Of a DNA stretch of 64,000 bases, positions 48,240-60,900 are shown in pieces (position 1 is the stretch's first letter; every line of letters begins with the position of its first letter). Below the pieces are notes generated by a model. It did not search any database, was not told the origin of the DNA, and saw nothing but the letters and a program-made list of their open reading frames with translations. The stretch is taken from assembly GCA_002633005.1 (NCBI GenBank), contig NMRA01000253.1, positions 11,251 to 75,250 of the forward strand, given 5' to 3'. This DNA comes from Phoronis australis. Its lineage: Eukaryota > Animalia > Phoronida. The position numbers and the translations under genes were made by a program.

Positions 48240-51200
48240 TGTTATAGGAGATGTTTCCAAATGAATTATTAGAAAACTGTCGAATTGAATGTGAAACTAT
48301 ATCCAAGACCTGACGTTCGGAGCCCCCACATAGGGTTAAACAAACGGGAATTTTAAATAAAGAACAGACCATTGCGAGGTCGCTAACCCAAATTATGATT
48401 TCCCTTCAAATGGCAGCATTTTTGGAATATAGAAATAGTTCATGAATGTGGGAGATCTTGTTTTTCTTTCCTCGCACATTAATCTTCTCTGGGTCACGAA
48501 CCGTGTGACACTATGACATACGTAGTGTGAAGGAGCTCGGCTGTTGGGTTGTTTGTGTGGTGATGAAAAGAGAAGGCCTAATAATCAACTCATTGAATTA
48601 TTTTTCATACAAAATAGAGAGCATGTGAGACAACACATGGTAAAATGTCATCAACTTCGAATTGCTAAAAGTGATGTTTGCTTTTTTGCAAAGGATGTAA
48701 TATTAAGAAACATTATCTGATGATTAAAACTCTTTCATAGATCTTCAAAATGAAAAGCACCTATTTAATGCATACCTGTCTTAGAAGAAAAAATGAAATA
48801 TAAAAATTAATTAACTCCTCAAACATATTGTTTCTTGAATTAATGAGATTTTACTGTGTTCTCAATGGAAAATACAAATCAAAGACGGACAATGCTCACT
48901 AGTAGGCATCGCTCATCGAACGGTGATAAGAATCAATAAATCTATTACTGGACTTACGGTACGTGGAGATGGCTACGTTGCGTCGTCCTCTCGAGGACTT
49001 TATCAGGCCACTGAGTTGTCACGTGACTTGTCATGTGATCTGTCGTACAGTTTCCGCGGGATTCTCTTCGAGTCTCTTCTTTGGCACAGGTGACATACGT
49101 CGCCAAGCAGGTGGCAAAAAGGTTTTAGGCTCCCTAGGCAGACAGTTGACTGAAAGCGAAAAAACAGCCTTCCCAGTCATTAACGATATCGTTTGAGTGA
49201 GTGCAATTTTAGTTTGGTGAAAACTAAGAAGTAAAAATCTGAATACCGTGCCAATTTGTAGGTTTAAATTTGGTTTGACCTTACGTTGGTAAGAAGCTGG
49301 TGACATTGCAACAAACTAACCTTAAAATAATTAAATTACTGAAATGAGTCAAAGTAAAACCTAAAATTAATGCATAACTTACAACTGTTCAGTTAATACG
49401 CCTGAAAGCTCACGTGATGCTGACATTCTTCTTTTGTGCCTCTTGTACCAAGGTCAGCAGAAGACGAAGTGTTCCTGTGATCTCTACCAAATCCAATAGT
49501 TTGGTCGAGGCCGTGGGTGTCTTGGGTCTCTTTCTTAGCCGTTCATGTAACTTTTCTATGAAACAAATCAAGTGAAAGAAACGGAAATTGAACTTTCACG
49601 GTGATGATGTTTTGATTAGTTTCAGTGCTTACACGCAATTTCTTGTACAATGTGGGAAGTGCGTGAGAAATTTGAATTCTAATGTTTCGAACGCTATCCT
49701 TGATCAAGGATAATCCCTTCTGCGTAAATGACGAATCACGTGGGGTCATGATCGGAAACTCGATTACCCTAAAAGACATCTTTTTTGTAATAGTCAATGA
49801 ATTTGCAATTGAGAGATTGTCCGTGCCTTAGGTGTACTAAGAATTTCACTCGAAGAACAATCACGTGACACAATGGCATGATGAGTTTTATGTAGATTGA
49901 ATATGGATTTGTCTCGATGGCTTTCTTGTCTTTTACGTACTCGCGATTTAAATAACGCAAAAGGACGTTCACTCCTTTAAGCGATTGCTGTGTCAAATTG
50001 TAATATTAGTCGAAAGCTTGTAGTTCAGTCTGAGAGTTTTTGACGAATAATTTTCGAGAAGTTTTTTTTCTGGAGCATACAGTCTATAAACTTCTCACGG
50101 AGACAAGCCATGTAACACAGTCGCATTCGAAGTTTCACCGAGTTACGCTCTTGACTCAGACTACCGTGACGGCTACACACACTTACATGATGATGTAATC
50201 TAATAGGTGAAATGAGTAAAAAGACTACAAAAGCCGTAACTGAAACCTTGTTAAATATAAGAAATGCGTGATAAGCCGTGGACGCAAAAACACTAGCAGT
50301 CGCCACTCTAACCTTAGTCTTCAGTCCAGTAGGAGCGTATGCTACTTGGGTACGATAACGGCGCGAAAAAGGCATTATTTCAGATGTAAGACCATATGAT
50401 TAAAGGCACGGCAATACGGTAATACAAAACTATTTACCATTTTTAAGTATACGCCAATGATCTAAAAAGATACAAAGGCAAACTTAAAAAATGCAATTAG
50501 GATGCAAAGTGATAGTGAAAACGTGCTCGCCTTTATGCAAAGTAATGTATGGGTCTATGCAGGGGATGGTACTTGGGATTATATGCGCATCCGCCAAACT
50601 GTGAACCGCTCTCAAAAATGACATTAATCGGATATAAGCCAATGGATACAAAGACGCACTGGTATAAAAGTTTTTCATTCAAAATATAGAGCGTGTGGGA
50701 CTGTATATTGGTAAAGTATCACCCACTTGGAATTGCTAAAAGTTTGATTTCTATTCATTTTCAAAGGCTGTAATGCTCACCAGTGGGAATCGTTCATTGG
50801 CCAAGGTGACATACGTCGCCAAGCAGGTGGCGAGTAGGTCTTAAGCTCCCTAGGCCGACAGTTGAGAGAAGGCGAAAACACTGTCTTCCCATCGTAGGTC
50901 GAAAGGTCGAAGCAGGCGGTCGAGCTGCTGGAATGCAGGAATGTTAGGGCCTTCCGTGAACCGGCCAAACGCGCCAATTAAAATATTGCTACGAGTCTTG
51001 CTCATCCGCACGCGTTGTTGGTAAACAGTACATCAGACGCGACATTCAAGGCATGACTTGTGTTGTTCATCCAACCAAAACAAAGCTAAAACAATGAGAA
51101 AATAACTGCGGAAAGAGCTTTTAGGATAACATATTGAATTATTGAAATGTCATGTTCATGTATCTTACTGGCTGACGTTCAATAAGAGGCGGTATTGGGA

Positions 51201-51959
51201 CACAAGGTGGTGGGGGTCGATCCAGGGTCGGTTGACTCAGAGGGCAGCATCCCGAAAATTGCGAAACGAGGTTTAAAACATTGAGAGGAGATGTTACCAA
51301 TTACCAAATGGATTATATTAAAAACCTCGTTAGAAAGTATTTTCAAGACCCGACGTTTGGGCACCCACTTATCTCATAGGTTTAAACAAACTGGCACTTT
51401 AATAACGGACGAACCGTTGTGATGTCGCTAACTCAAATTATACCGTGCTGGTCCCTTATAAACGAGATTTTCTTGGAATATAGAAACAATTCATGAATCT
51501 GGGAGATCTTGTTTTTCTTTTCTCGCGCAATTATCTTCTCTGGATCACGAACCATGTGAGACTATGACACACGTGCTTAACGAAGCCAGTCTGTTGGGTT
51601 GTTCGTGTGGTGACTTAAAAAAGAAGGCCCAAAAGTCCACTCATTGAAGTGTCGCTATCTGAAATATGTAAAGAGATCCAATCTTGCAACTCTAGAGATC
51701 TTCTATGCAGCACAACTACACGATTGACTATTTGTCCGCCATAAGTTTTCTTCTAGAGGGACCAAGTGAAACAACAGCATGCAAAGTTTCACGGAGCTAT
51801 TCTTGATTCACGTTCAGCTCTGTTATAATCCGAAACAGAAAGACGAAACAAGACTTCTCACGGAGACCAGCCACGAGAAGCATTCGCATTCGAAGTTTCA
51901 CTGAGTTACGCTCTTGACTCAGAATCTCTTCACCGTACACACACTTACGTGATACTATA
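48240..51959. repeat. Diverged, rearranged edge copies of the macrosatellite unit
   Basis: The same blocks (GGAGATCTTGTTTTTCTTT, GGCTGTTGGGTTGTTTGTGTGGTGA, CATACGTCGCCAAGCAGGTGG, CGCATTCGAAGTTTCAC) recur with many more substitutions and deletions. Confidence 0.85.
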
Positions 51960-54900
51960 ATGACTATGACATATTTGCTTAACGGAGCCAGGCTGTTGGG
52001 TTGTTTGTGTGGTGACTAAATGAGAATGCCTGAATGTAGACACATTGATGTGTCGTTATCTGAAATATGTAAAGAGATCCAATCTTGTAACTCGAGAGAT
52101 CTTCTGTGATGCACAACTACACGATTGACTCTTTCTCCGCAATAAGTTTTCATCTAGAGGCACCAAGTGAAACAATAGCATGCAAAATTTCACGGAGGTA
52201 TTCTTGATACGCGTTCAGCTCTATGTCATTATCCGAAACAGAAAGACGAAACGAGTAGTTCTAAAATGATAAGGCGCTAGCAAATATTATAGGAGGTTAC
52301 TGACCAAAGCACTTTCACTCCTTAAAGGGATTGCCGTGTCAAAATATAGTATCAATCGAAAGCTTATAATTCATCCCGAGAGATTTTTGAAGAGTCGCTT
52401 TCTAGGGGAGTTATTTTCGAGTATGGTCTATGAACTTCTCACGGAGACCAGCCATGATAAGCAGTCGTATTCGAAGTTTCACCGAGTTACGTTCTTGACT
52501 CTGAACGCTATATACACTTACGTGATGCTATAATCTAATACATGAAATTAGTAAAACGATTACAAAAGCCGTAACTGAAACCATGTAAAATATAAGATAT
52601 GTTAAAACTATTTCGTAGACCTAAAAAATGGAAAGCACTATGAATTTGGTGCATACTGTACATATCTTTTAAGATAAAAATGAAAACTTAAAATTTCCTC
52701 TTCAAACATATTGTGTCTTGGATTGATAAGCTTTTACTGTGTTCTTAAACTTAAAGGAAAATTCAAAGTAAAAGCGGACAATGGTCACTAGTAGGCATTG
52801 CTCATCAAACGGTGGTATGAGTCTCTTCTTTGGCCCATACGTCGCCAAGCAGGTGATGAATACATGTAGGTCTTGGGCTCTCTAGGTCGACAGTTTAAAG
52901 ATGGCGAACGATACAGTCCCAGCGTAGGTCGAAAGGACAAATACACGCAGCAGTCGGTCTATCTGGTAGAATACAGAAATGTTGGTACCTTCAATGAACC
53001 TGCCAAACGCGACAATATTGCTAAGTCTTGCTTATCTGCCCGCGTTGTCGGTAAACAATACAACAGACGCGACATTCAATGCTTGACTTGTGTTGCTCGT
53101 CTTACCAAAACAGAGCTGTAACAATGAGAAAATAACTGCAGAAAGAGTTTTTAGGATAACATATTTAATTGACATGTTCATATATCTTACTGGCTGACGT
53201 TCAATAAGAGGCGGTATTGGGTCACAAGGTGGTGGAGGTGGATCCATGGTCGGTTGACTGAGAGGTCAGGATCCCGAAAATTGCGAAACGAGGTCTAAAA
53301 CTTTGAGAGGAGATGTTACCAAATGGATTATATAAAAACCTCGTTAGAAAGTATTTTCAAGACCCGACGTTTGGGCGCCCACTTATCTCATAGCGTTAAA
53401 CAAACTGTCTCTTTATTAACGGAAGAACCATGATGAAGTCGCTAACTCAAATTATACCATCCCTTTTAAACGACATTTTTTGAAATACAGAAACAATTCA
53501 TGAATCTGGGAGATCTTGTTTTTATTTTCTCGCGCAATAATTTTTTCTAGGTCAAGAACCATGTGAGACTATGACATATGTGCTTAACGGAGCCAGGCTG
53601 TTGGGTTGTTTGTGTGGTGACTAAATGAGAATGCCTGAAAGTAGACCCATTGATGTGCCGTTATCTGAAATACGTAAAGAGATCCAATCTTGTAACGCGA
53701 GAGATCTTCTGTGCAGCACAACTACACGATTGACTCTTTCTCCGCAAAAAGTTTTCATCTAGAGGGACCAAGTGAAACAATAGCATGCAAAATTTCACGG
53801 AGGTATTCCTGATACGCGTTCAGCTCTATGTCATTATCCGAAACAGAAAGACGAAACGAGTGGTTCTAAAATCTTAATGCGCTAGCAAATATTATAGGAG
53901 GTTACTGACCAAAGCACTTTCACTCCTTAAAGGGATTGCCGTGTCAAAATATAGCATCAATCGAAAGCTTATAATTCATCCCAAGAGATTTTTGAAGAGT
54001 CACTTTCTAGGGGAGTTATTTTCGAGTATAGTCTATAAACTTCTCACGGAGACCAGCCATGATAAACAGTCGTATTCGAAGTTTCACTGAGTTACGCTCT
54101 TGACTCTGAACGCTACATACACTTACGTGATGCTATAATCTTATGCATGAAATTAGTAAAACGATTACAAAAGCCGTAACTGAAACCATGTAAAATATAA
54201 GATATGTTAAAACTATTTCGTAGACCTTAAAAATGGAAAGCACTAATTTGGTGCATACTGTACATATCTTTTAAGATAAAAATGAAAACTCAAAATTTCC
54301 TCGTCATACATATTGTGTCTTGGATTGATAAGCTTTTACTGTGTTCTTAAAGGAAAATTCAAAGTAAAAGCGGACAATGGTCACTAGTAGGCATTGCTCA
54401 TCAAACGGTGGTATGAGTCTCTTCTTTGGCCCATACGTCGCCAAGCAGGTGATGAATAGGTCTTGGGCTCTCTAGGTCGACGGTTTAAAGATGGCGAACG
54501 ATACAGTGCCAGCGTAGGTCGAAAGGACAAATACACGCAGCAGGCGGTCTATCTGGTGGAATACAGAAATGTTAGTGCCTTCAATGAACCTGCCAAACGC
54601 GACAATATTGCTAAGTCTTGCTTATCTAACCGCTTTGTCGGTAAGCAATACAACAGACGCGATATTCAAGACACGACCTGTGTTGTTCATCTAACCAAAA
54701 CAGAGCTATAACAATGAGAAAATAACTACAGAAAGAGTTTTTAGGATAACATATTTAATTGACATGTTCATATATCTTACTGGCTGACGTTCAATAAGAG
54801 GCGGTATTGGGTCACAAGGTTGTGGGGTGGATCCATGGTCGGTTGACTGAGAGGCCAGCATCCCGAAAATTGCGAAACGAGGTCTAAAAATTTGAGAGGA

Positions 54901-57900
54901 GATGTTACCAAATGGATTATATAAAAACGTCGTTAGAAAGTATTTTCAAGACCCGACGTTTGGGCACCCACTTATCACATAGCTTTAAACAAACTGGCTC
55001 TTTATTAACGGACGAACCATTATGAAGTCGCTAACTCAAATTATACCATCCCTTTTAAGCGACAATTTTTTGAAATATAGAAATAATTCATGAATCTGGG
55101 AGATCTTGTTTTTCTTTTCTCGCGCAATAATTTTTTCTAGGTTAAGAACCATGTGAGACTATGACATATGTGCTTAACGGAGCCAGGCAGTTGGGTTGTT
55201 TGTGTGGTGACTAAATGAGAATGCCTGAAAGTAGACCCATTGATGTGCCGTTATCTGAAATATGTAAAGAGATCCAATCTTGTAACTCGAGAGATCTTCT
55301 GTGCAGCACAACTACACGATTGACTCTTTCTCCGCAATAAGTTTTCATCTAGAGGGACCAAGTGAAAATATAGCATGCAAAATTTCACGGAGGTATTCTT
55401 GATACGCGTTCAGCTCTATGTCATTATCCGAAACGGAAAGACGAAACGAGTGGTTCTAAAATGATAAGGCGCTAGCAAATATTATACGAGGTTACTGACC
55501 AAAGCACTTTCACTCCTTAAAGGGATTGCCGTGTCAAAATATAGTATCAATCGAAAGCTTATTATTCATCCCGAGAGATTTTTGAAGAGTCACTTTCTAG
55601 GGGAGTTATTTTCGAGTATAGTCTATAAACTTCTCACGGAGACCAGCCATGATAAACAGTCGTATTCGAAGTTTCACTGAGTTACGCTCTTGACTCTGAA
55701 CGCTACATACACTTACGTGATGCTATAATCTAATACATGAAATTAGTAAAACGATTACAAAAGCCGTAACTGAAACCATGTAAAATATAAGATATGTTAA
55801 AACTATTTCGTAGACCTTAAAAATGGAAAGCACTAATTTGGTGCATACTGTACAAAAAGTCATATCTTTTAAGATAAAAATGAAAACTTAAAATTTCCTC
55901 GTCAAACATATTGTGTCTTGGATTGATAAGCTTTTACTGTGTTCTTAAAGGAAAATTCAAAGTAAAAGCGGACAATGGTCACTAGTAGGCATTGCTCATC
56001 AAACGGTGGTATGAGTCTCTTCTTTGGCCCATACGTCGCCAAGCAGGTGATGAATAGGTCTTGGGCTCTCTAGGTCGACGGTTTAAAGATGGCGAACGAT
56101 ACAGTCCCAGCGAAGGTCGAAAGGACAAATACACGCAGCAGGCGGTCTATCTGGTGGAAAACAGAAATGTTAGTGAATGAACCTGCAAAACACGACAATA
56201 TTGCTAAGAGTCTTGCTTATCTGCCCGCGTTGTCGGTAAACAATACAACAGGCGCGACATTCAAGACACGACCTGTGTTGTTCATCTAACCAAAACAGAG
56301 CTATAACAACGAGAAAATAACTACAGAAAGAGTTTTTAGGATAACATATTTAATTGACATGTTCATTTATCTTACTGGCTTAGGCTGACGTTCAATAAGA
56401 GGCGGTATTGGGTCACAGGCTGGTGGAGGTGGATCCATGGTCGGTTGACTGAGAGGTCAGCATCCCGAAAATTGCGAAACGAGGTCTAAAATTTTGAGAG
56501 GAGATGTTACCAAATGGATTGTATAAAAAACCTCGTTAGAAAGTATTTTCAAGATCCGACGTTTGGGCGCCCACTTATCTCATAGCGTTAAACAAACTGT
56601 CTCTTTATTAACGGACGAACCATTATGAATTCGCTAACTCAAATTATACCATCCCTTTTAAACGACATTTTTTTGAAATATAGAAATAATTCATGAATCT
56701 GGAAGATCTTGTTTTTATTTTCTCGCGCAAAAATTTTTTCTAGGTCAATAACCATGTGAGACTATGACATATTTGCTTAACGGAGCCAGGCTGTTGGGTT
56801 GTTTGTGTGGTGACTAAATGAGAATGCCTGAATGTAGACACATTGATGTGTCGTTATCTGAAATATCTAAAGAGATCCAATCTTGCAACTCGAGAGATCT
56901 TCTCTGCAGCACAACTACACGATTGACTATTTCTCCGCCATAAGTTTTCATCTGTAGGGACCAAGTGAAACAATAGCATGCAAAATTTCACGGAGGTATT
57001 CTTGATACGCGTTCAGCTCTTTGTCATTATCCGAAACAGAAAGACGAAACGAGTGGTTCTATAATGATAAGGCGCTAGCAAATATTATGTTACTGACCAA
57101 AGCACTTTCACTCCTTAAAGCGATTGCCGTGTCAAAATATAGTATCAATCGAAAGCTTATAATTCATCCTGAGAGATTTTTGAAGAGTCATTTTAGAGGG
57201 GGGTTATTTTCGAGCATAGTCTATAAACTTCTCACAGAGACCAGCCATGAGAAGCAGTCGCATTCGAAGTTTCACTGAGTTACGCTCTTGACTCTGAACG
57301 CTATATACACTTACGTGGTGCTATAATCTAATACATGGAATTAGTAAAACGATTACAGAAGCCGCAACTGAAACCATGTAAAATATAAGATATGCGTGAC
57401 AAGTGTTTGTGAGATGAATGTGCCAGATACAGTATCTAGCTCATTGGTGAGATCAAGCCGTGGACATAAAAGCAGAACTGTCACTAGGAGGCGCCAGAAT
57501 TGTCTTCATTGCAGTAGGATTTATACCACTTCGGTAGAGAAAAGCAATACGGTAATACAAAACTATTTACCATTTTTTAATACACGTGAAGGAACTACAA
57601 AGATACAGAGACAAAAGTAAAATTGCTGTAAGAAAGCACAGCGGTAGTCAAAGCGGTTCCGCATTATAGAAATTTATGTATGAGCCTATGCAGGGACAAT
57701 GCGTGGGATTATAGGCGATATTTAAGCAAAGGAGCCATTAGGTGAGCCACTCCCAAAAATGAAAATATTTCAGATGTAAGCCTATTGACACAAAGGCGCA
57801 GTAAAAAAGAACTTTCCCTATACAAAATACAGAGCATATGGGACAACATATTGTAAATTATCACCTATTTCGAATTGCTAAAATTGATCTTTGTTCATTT

Positions 57901-60900
57901 TCCGAATGCTGCATTATTAAAAAACATTTTTTGTTTGTAAAAACTATTTCGTAGACCTTAATAATGGAAAAAACTATTTTGGTGCATACTGTACATATCT
58001 TTTAAGAAAAAAATGAAAACTTAAAATTTCCTCGTCAAACATATTGTGTCTTGAATTGATAAGCTTTTACTGTGTTCTTAAAGGAAAATTCAAAGTAAAA
58101 GCGGACTATGGTCACTAGTAGGCATTGCTCATCAAACGGTGGTATGAGTCTCTTCTTTGGCCCCTACGTCGCCAAGCAGGTGATGAATAGGTCTTGGGCT
58201 CTCTAGGTCGACGGTTTAAAGATGGCGAACGATACAGTCCCAGCGTAGGTCGAAAGGACAAATACACGCAGCAGGCGGTCTATCTGGTGGAATACAGAAA
58301 TGTTAGTGCCTTCAATGAACCTGCCAAACGCGACAATATTGCTAAGTCTTGCTTATCTGCCCGCGTTGTCGGTAAGCAATACAACAGACGCGATATTTAA
58401 GACACGACCTGTGTTGTTCATCTAACCAAAACAGAGCTATAACAATGAGAAAATAACTACAACAAGAGTTTTTAGGATAACATATTTAATTGACATGTTC
58501 ATATATCTTACTGGCTGACGTTCAATAAGAGGCGGTATTGGGTCACAAGGTTGTGGGGTGGATCCATGGTCGGTTGACTGAGAGGTCAGCATCCCGAAAA
58601 TTGCGAAACGAGGTCTAAAATTTTGAGAGGAGATGTTACCAAATGGATTATATAAAAAACCGCGTTAGAAAGTATTTTCAAGACCCGACGTTTGGGCACC
58701 CACTTATCACATAGCTTTAAACAAACTGTCTCTTTATTAACGGACGAACAATTTTGAAGTCGCTAACTCAAATTATACCATCCCTTTTGAACGACATTTT
58801 TTTGAAATATAGAAATATTTCATGAATCTGGGAGATCTTGTTTTTCTTTTCTCGCGCAATAATTTTTTCTAGGTCAAGAACCATGTGAGACTATGGCATA
58901 TGTGCGTAACGGAGCCAGGCAGTTGGGTTGTTTGTGTGGTGACTAAATGAGAATGCCTGAAAGTAGACCCATTGATGTGCCGTTATCTGAAATATGTAAA
59001 GAGATCCAATCTTGTAACTCGAGAGATCTTCTGCGCAGCACAACTACACGATTGACTCTTTTCTCCGCAATAAGTTTTCATCTAGAGGGACCAAGTGAAA
59101 ATATAGCATGCAAAATTTCACGGAGGTATTCTTGATACGCGTTCAGCTCTATGTCATTATCCGAAACAGAAAGACGAAACGAGTGGTTCTAAAATGATAA
59201 GGCGCTAGCAAATATTATAAGAGGTTACTGACCAAAGCACTTTCACTCCTTAAAGGGATTGCCGTGTCAAAATATAGTATCAATCGAAAGCTTATAATTC
59301 ATCCCGAGAAATTTTTGAAGAGTCACTTTCTAGGGGAGTTATTTTCGAGTATAGTCTATAAACTTCTCACAGAGACCAGCCATGATAAGCAGTCGCATTC
59401 GAAGTTTCACTGAGTTACGCTCTTGACTCTGAACGCTACATACACTTACGTGATGCTATAATCTAATGCATGAAATTAGTAAAACGATTACAAAAGCCGT
59501 AACTGAAACCATGTAAAATATAAGATATGCGTGACAAGTGTTTGTGGGATGAATTAGCCAGATACAGTATCTAGCTCATTGGTGAGATCAAGCCGTGGAC
59601 ATAAAAACAGAACTGTCACTAGGAGGCGCCAGAATTGTCTTCATTGCAGTAGAAGCTTATGCCACTTAGGTAGAAAAAACGCTAAAAAAGGCAATACGGT
59701 AATACAAAACTATTTACCATTTTTTAATACTCGTGAAGGAACTACAAAGATACAGAGGCAAAAGTAAAATTGCTGTAAGAATGCACAGCGGTAGTCAAAG
59801 CGGTTGCGCATTATAAAAATTAATGTTTGAGCTTATGCAGGGACAATGCGTGGGCTTATAGGCGATATTTAAGCAAAGGAGCCATTAGGTGTGCCACTCC
59901 CAAAAATGAAAATATTTCAGATATAAGCCTATTGACACAAATGCGCAGTAAAAAAGAACTTTCCCATACAAAATACAGAGCATATAGGATGACATATTAT
60001 AAAATGTTACCTACTTCGAATTGCTAAAATTGATCTTTGTTCATTTTTCGAATGCTGCATTATCAAAGAAACATTATTTGTTTGTAAAAACTATTTCGTA
60101 GACCTTAAATATGGAAAGTACTAATTTGGTACATACTGTACATATCTTTTAAGAAAAAAATGAAAACTTAAAATTTCCTCGTCAAACATATTGTGTCTTG
60201 AATTGATAAGCTTGTCTGTGTTCTTAAAGGAAAATTCAAAGTAAAAGCGGACAATGGTCACTAGTAGGCATCGCTCATCAATCGGTGGTATGAGTCTCTT
60301 CTTTGGCCCATACGTCGCCAAGCAGGTGATGAATAGGTCTTGGGCTCTCTAGGTCGACGGTTTAAAGATGGCGAACGATACAGTGCCAGCGTAGGTCGAA
60401 AGGACAAATACACGCAGCAGGCGGTCTATCTGGTGGAATACAGAAATGTTAGTGCCTTCAATGAACCTGCCAAACGCGACAATATTGCTAAGTCTTGCTT
60501 ATCTGCCCGCGTTGTCTGTAAACAATACAACAGGCGCGACATTCAAGGCACGACCTGTGTTGTTCATCTAACCAAAACAGAGCTATAACAATGAGAAAAT
60601 AACTACAGAAAGAGTTTTTAGGATAACATATTTAATTGACATGTTCATATATCTTACTGGCTGACGTTCAATAAGAGGCGGTATTGGGTCTCAAGGTGGT
60701 GGGGTGGATCCATGGTCGGTTGACTGAGAGGTCAGCATCCCGAAAATTGCGAAACGAGGTCTAAAACTTTGAGAGGAGATGTTACCAAATGGATTCTATA
60801 AAAACGTCGTTAGAAAGTATTTTCAAGACCCGACGTTTGGGCACCCACTTATCTCATAGCGTTAAACAAACTGTCTCTTTATTAACGGACGAACTATTAT

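Noticed and set aside
48240-51560. Alternative genetic code (TGA/TAR readthrough) to explain stops shared by diverged satellite copies
   Set aside because: All three stop types occur, frameshifts are present and neighbouring genes use standard stops; shared ancestry after decay is simpler.
53245-53300. Hammerhead-ribozyme-like CTGAGAG...CGAAACGAGGTC in each satellite unit (retrozyme hypothesis)
   Set aside because: The core is not CUGANGA, stems I and II do not pair convincingly, and the diverged edge copy lacks both the CTGA and the GTC site.
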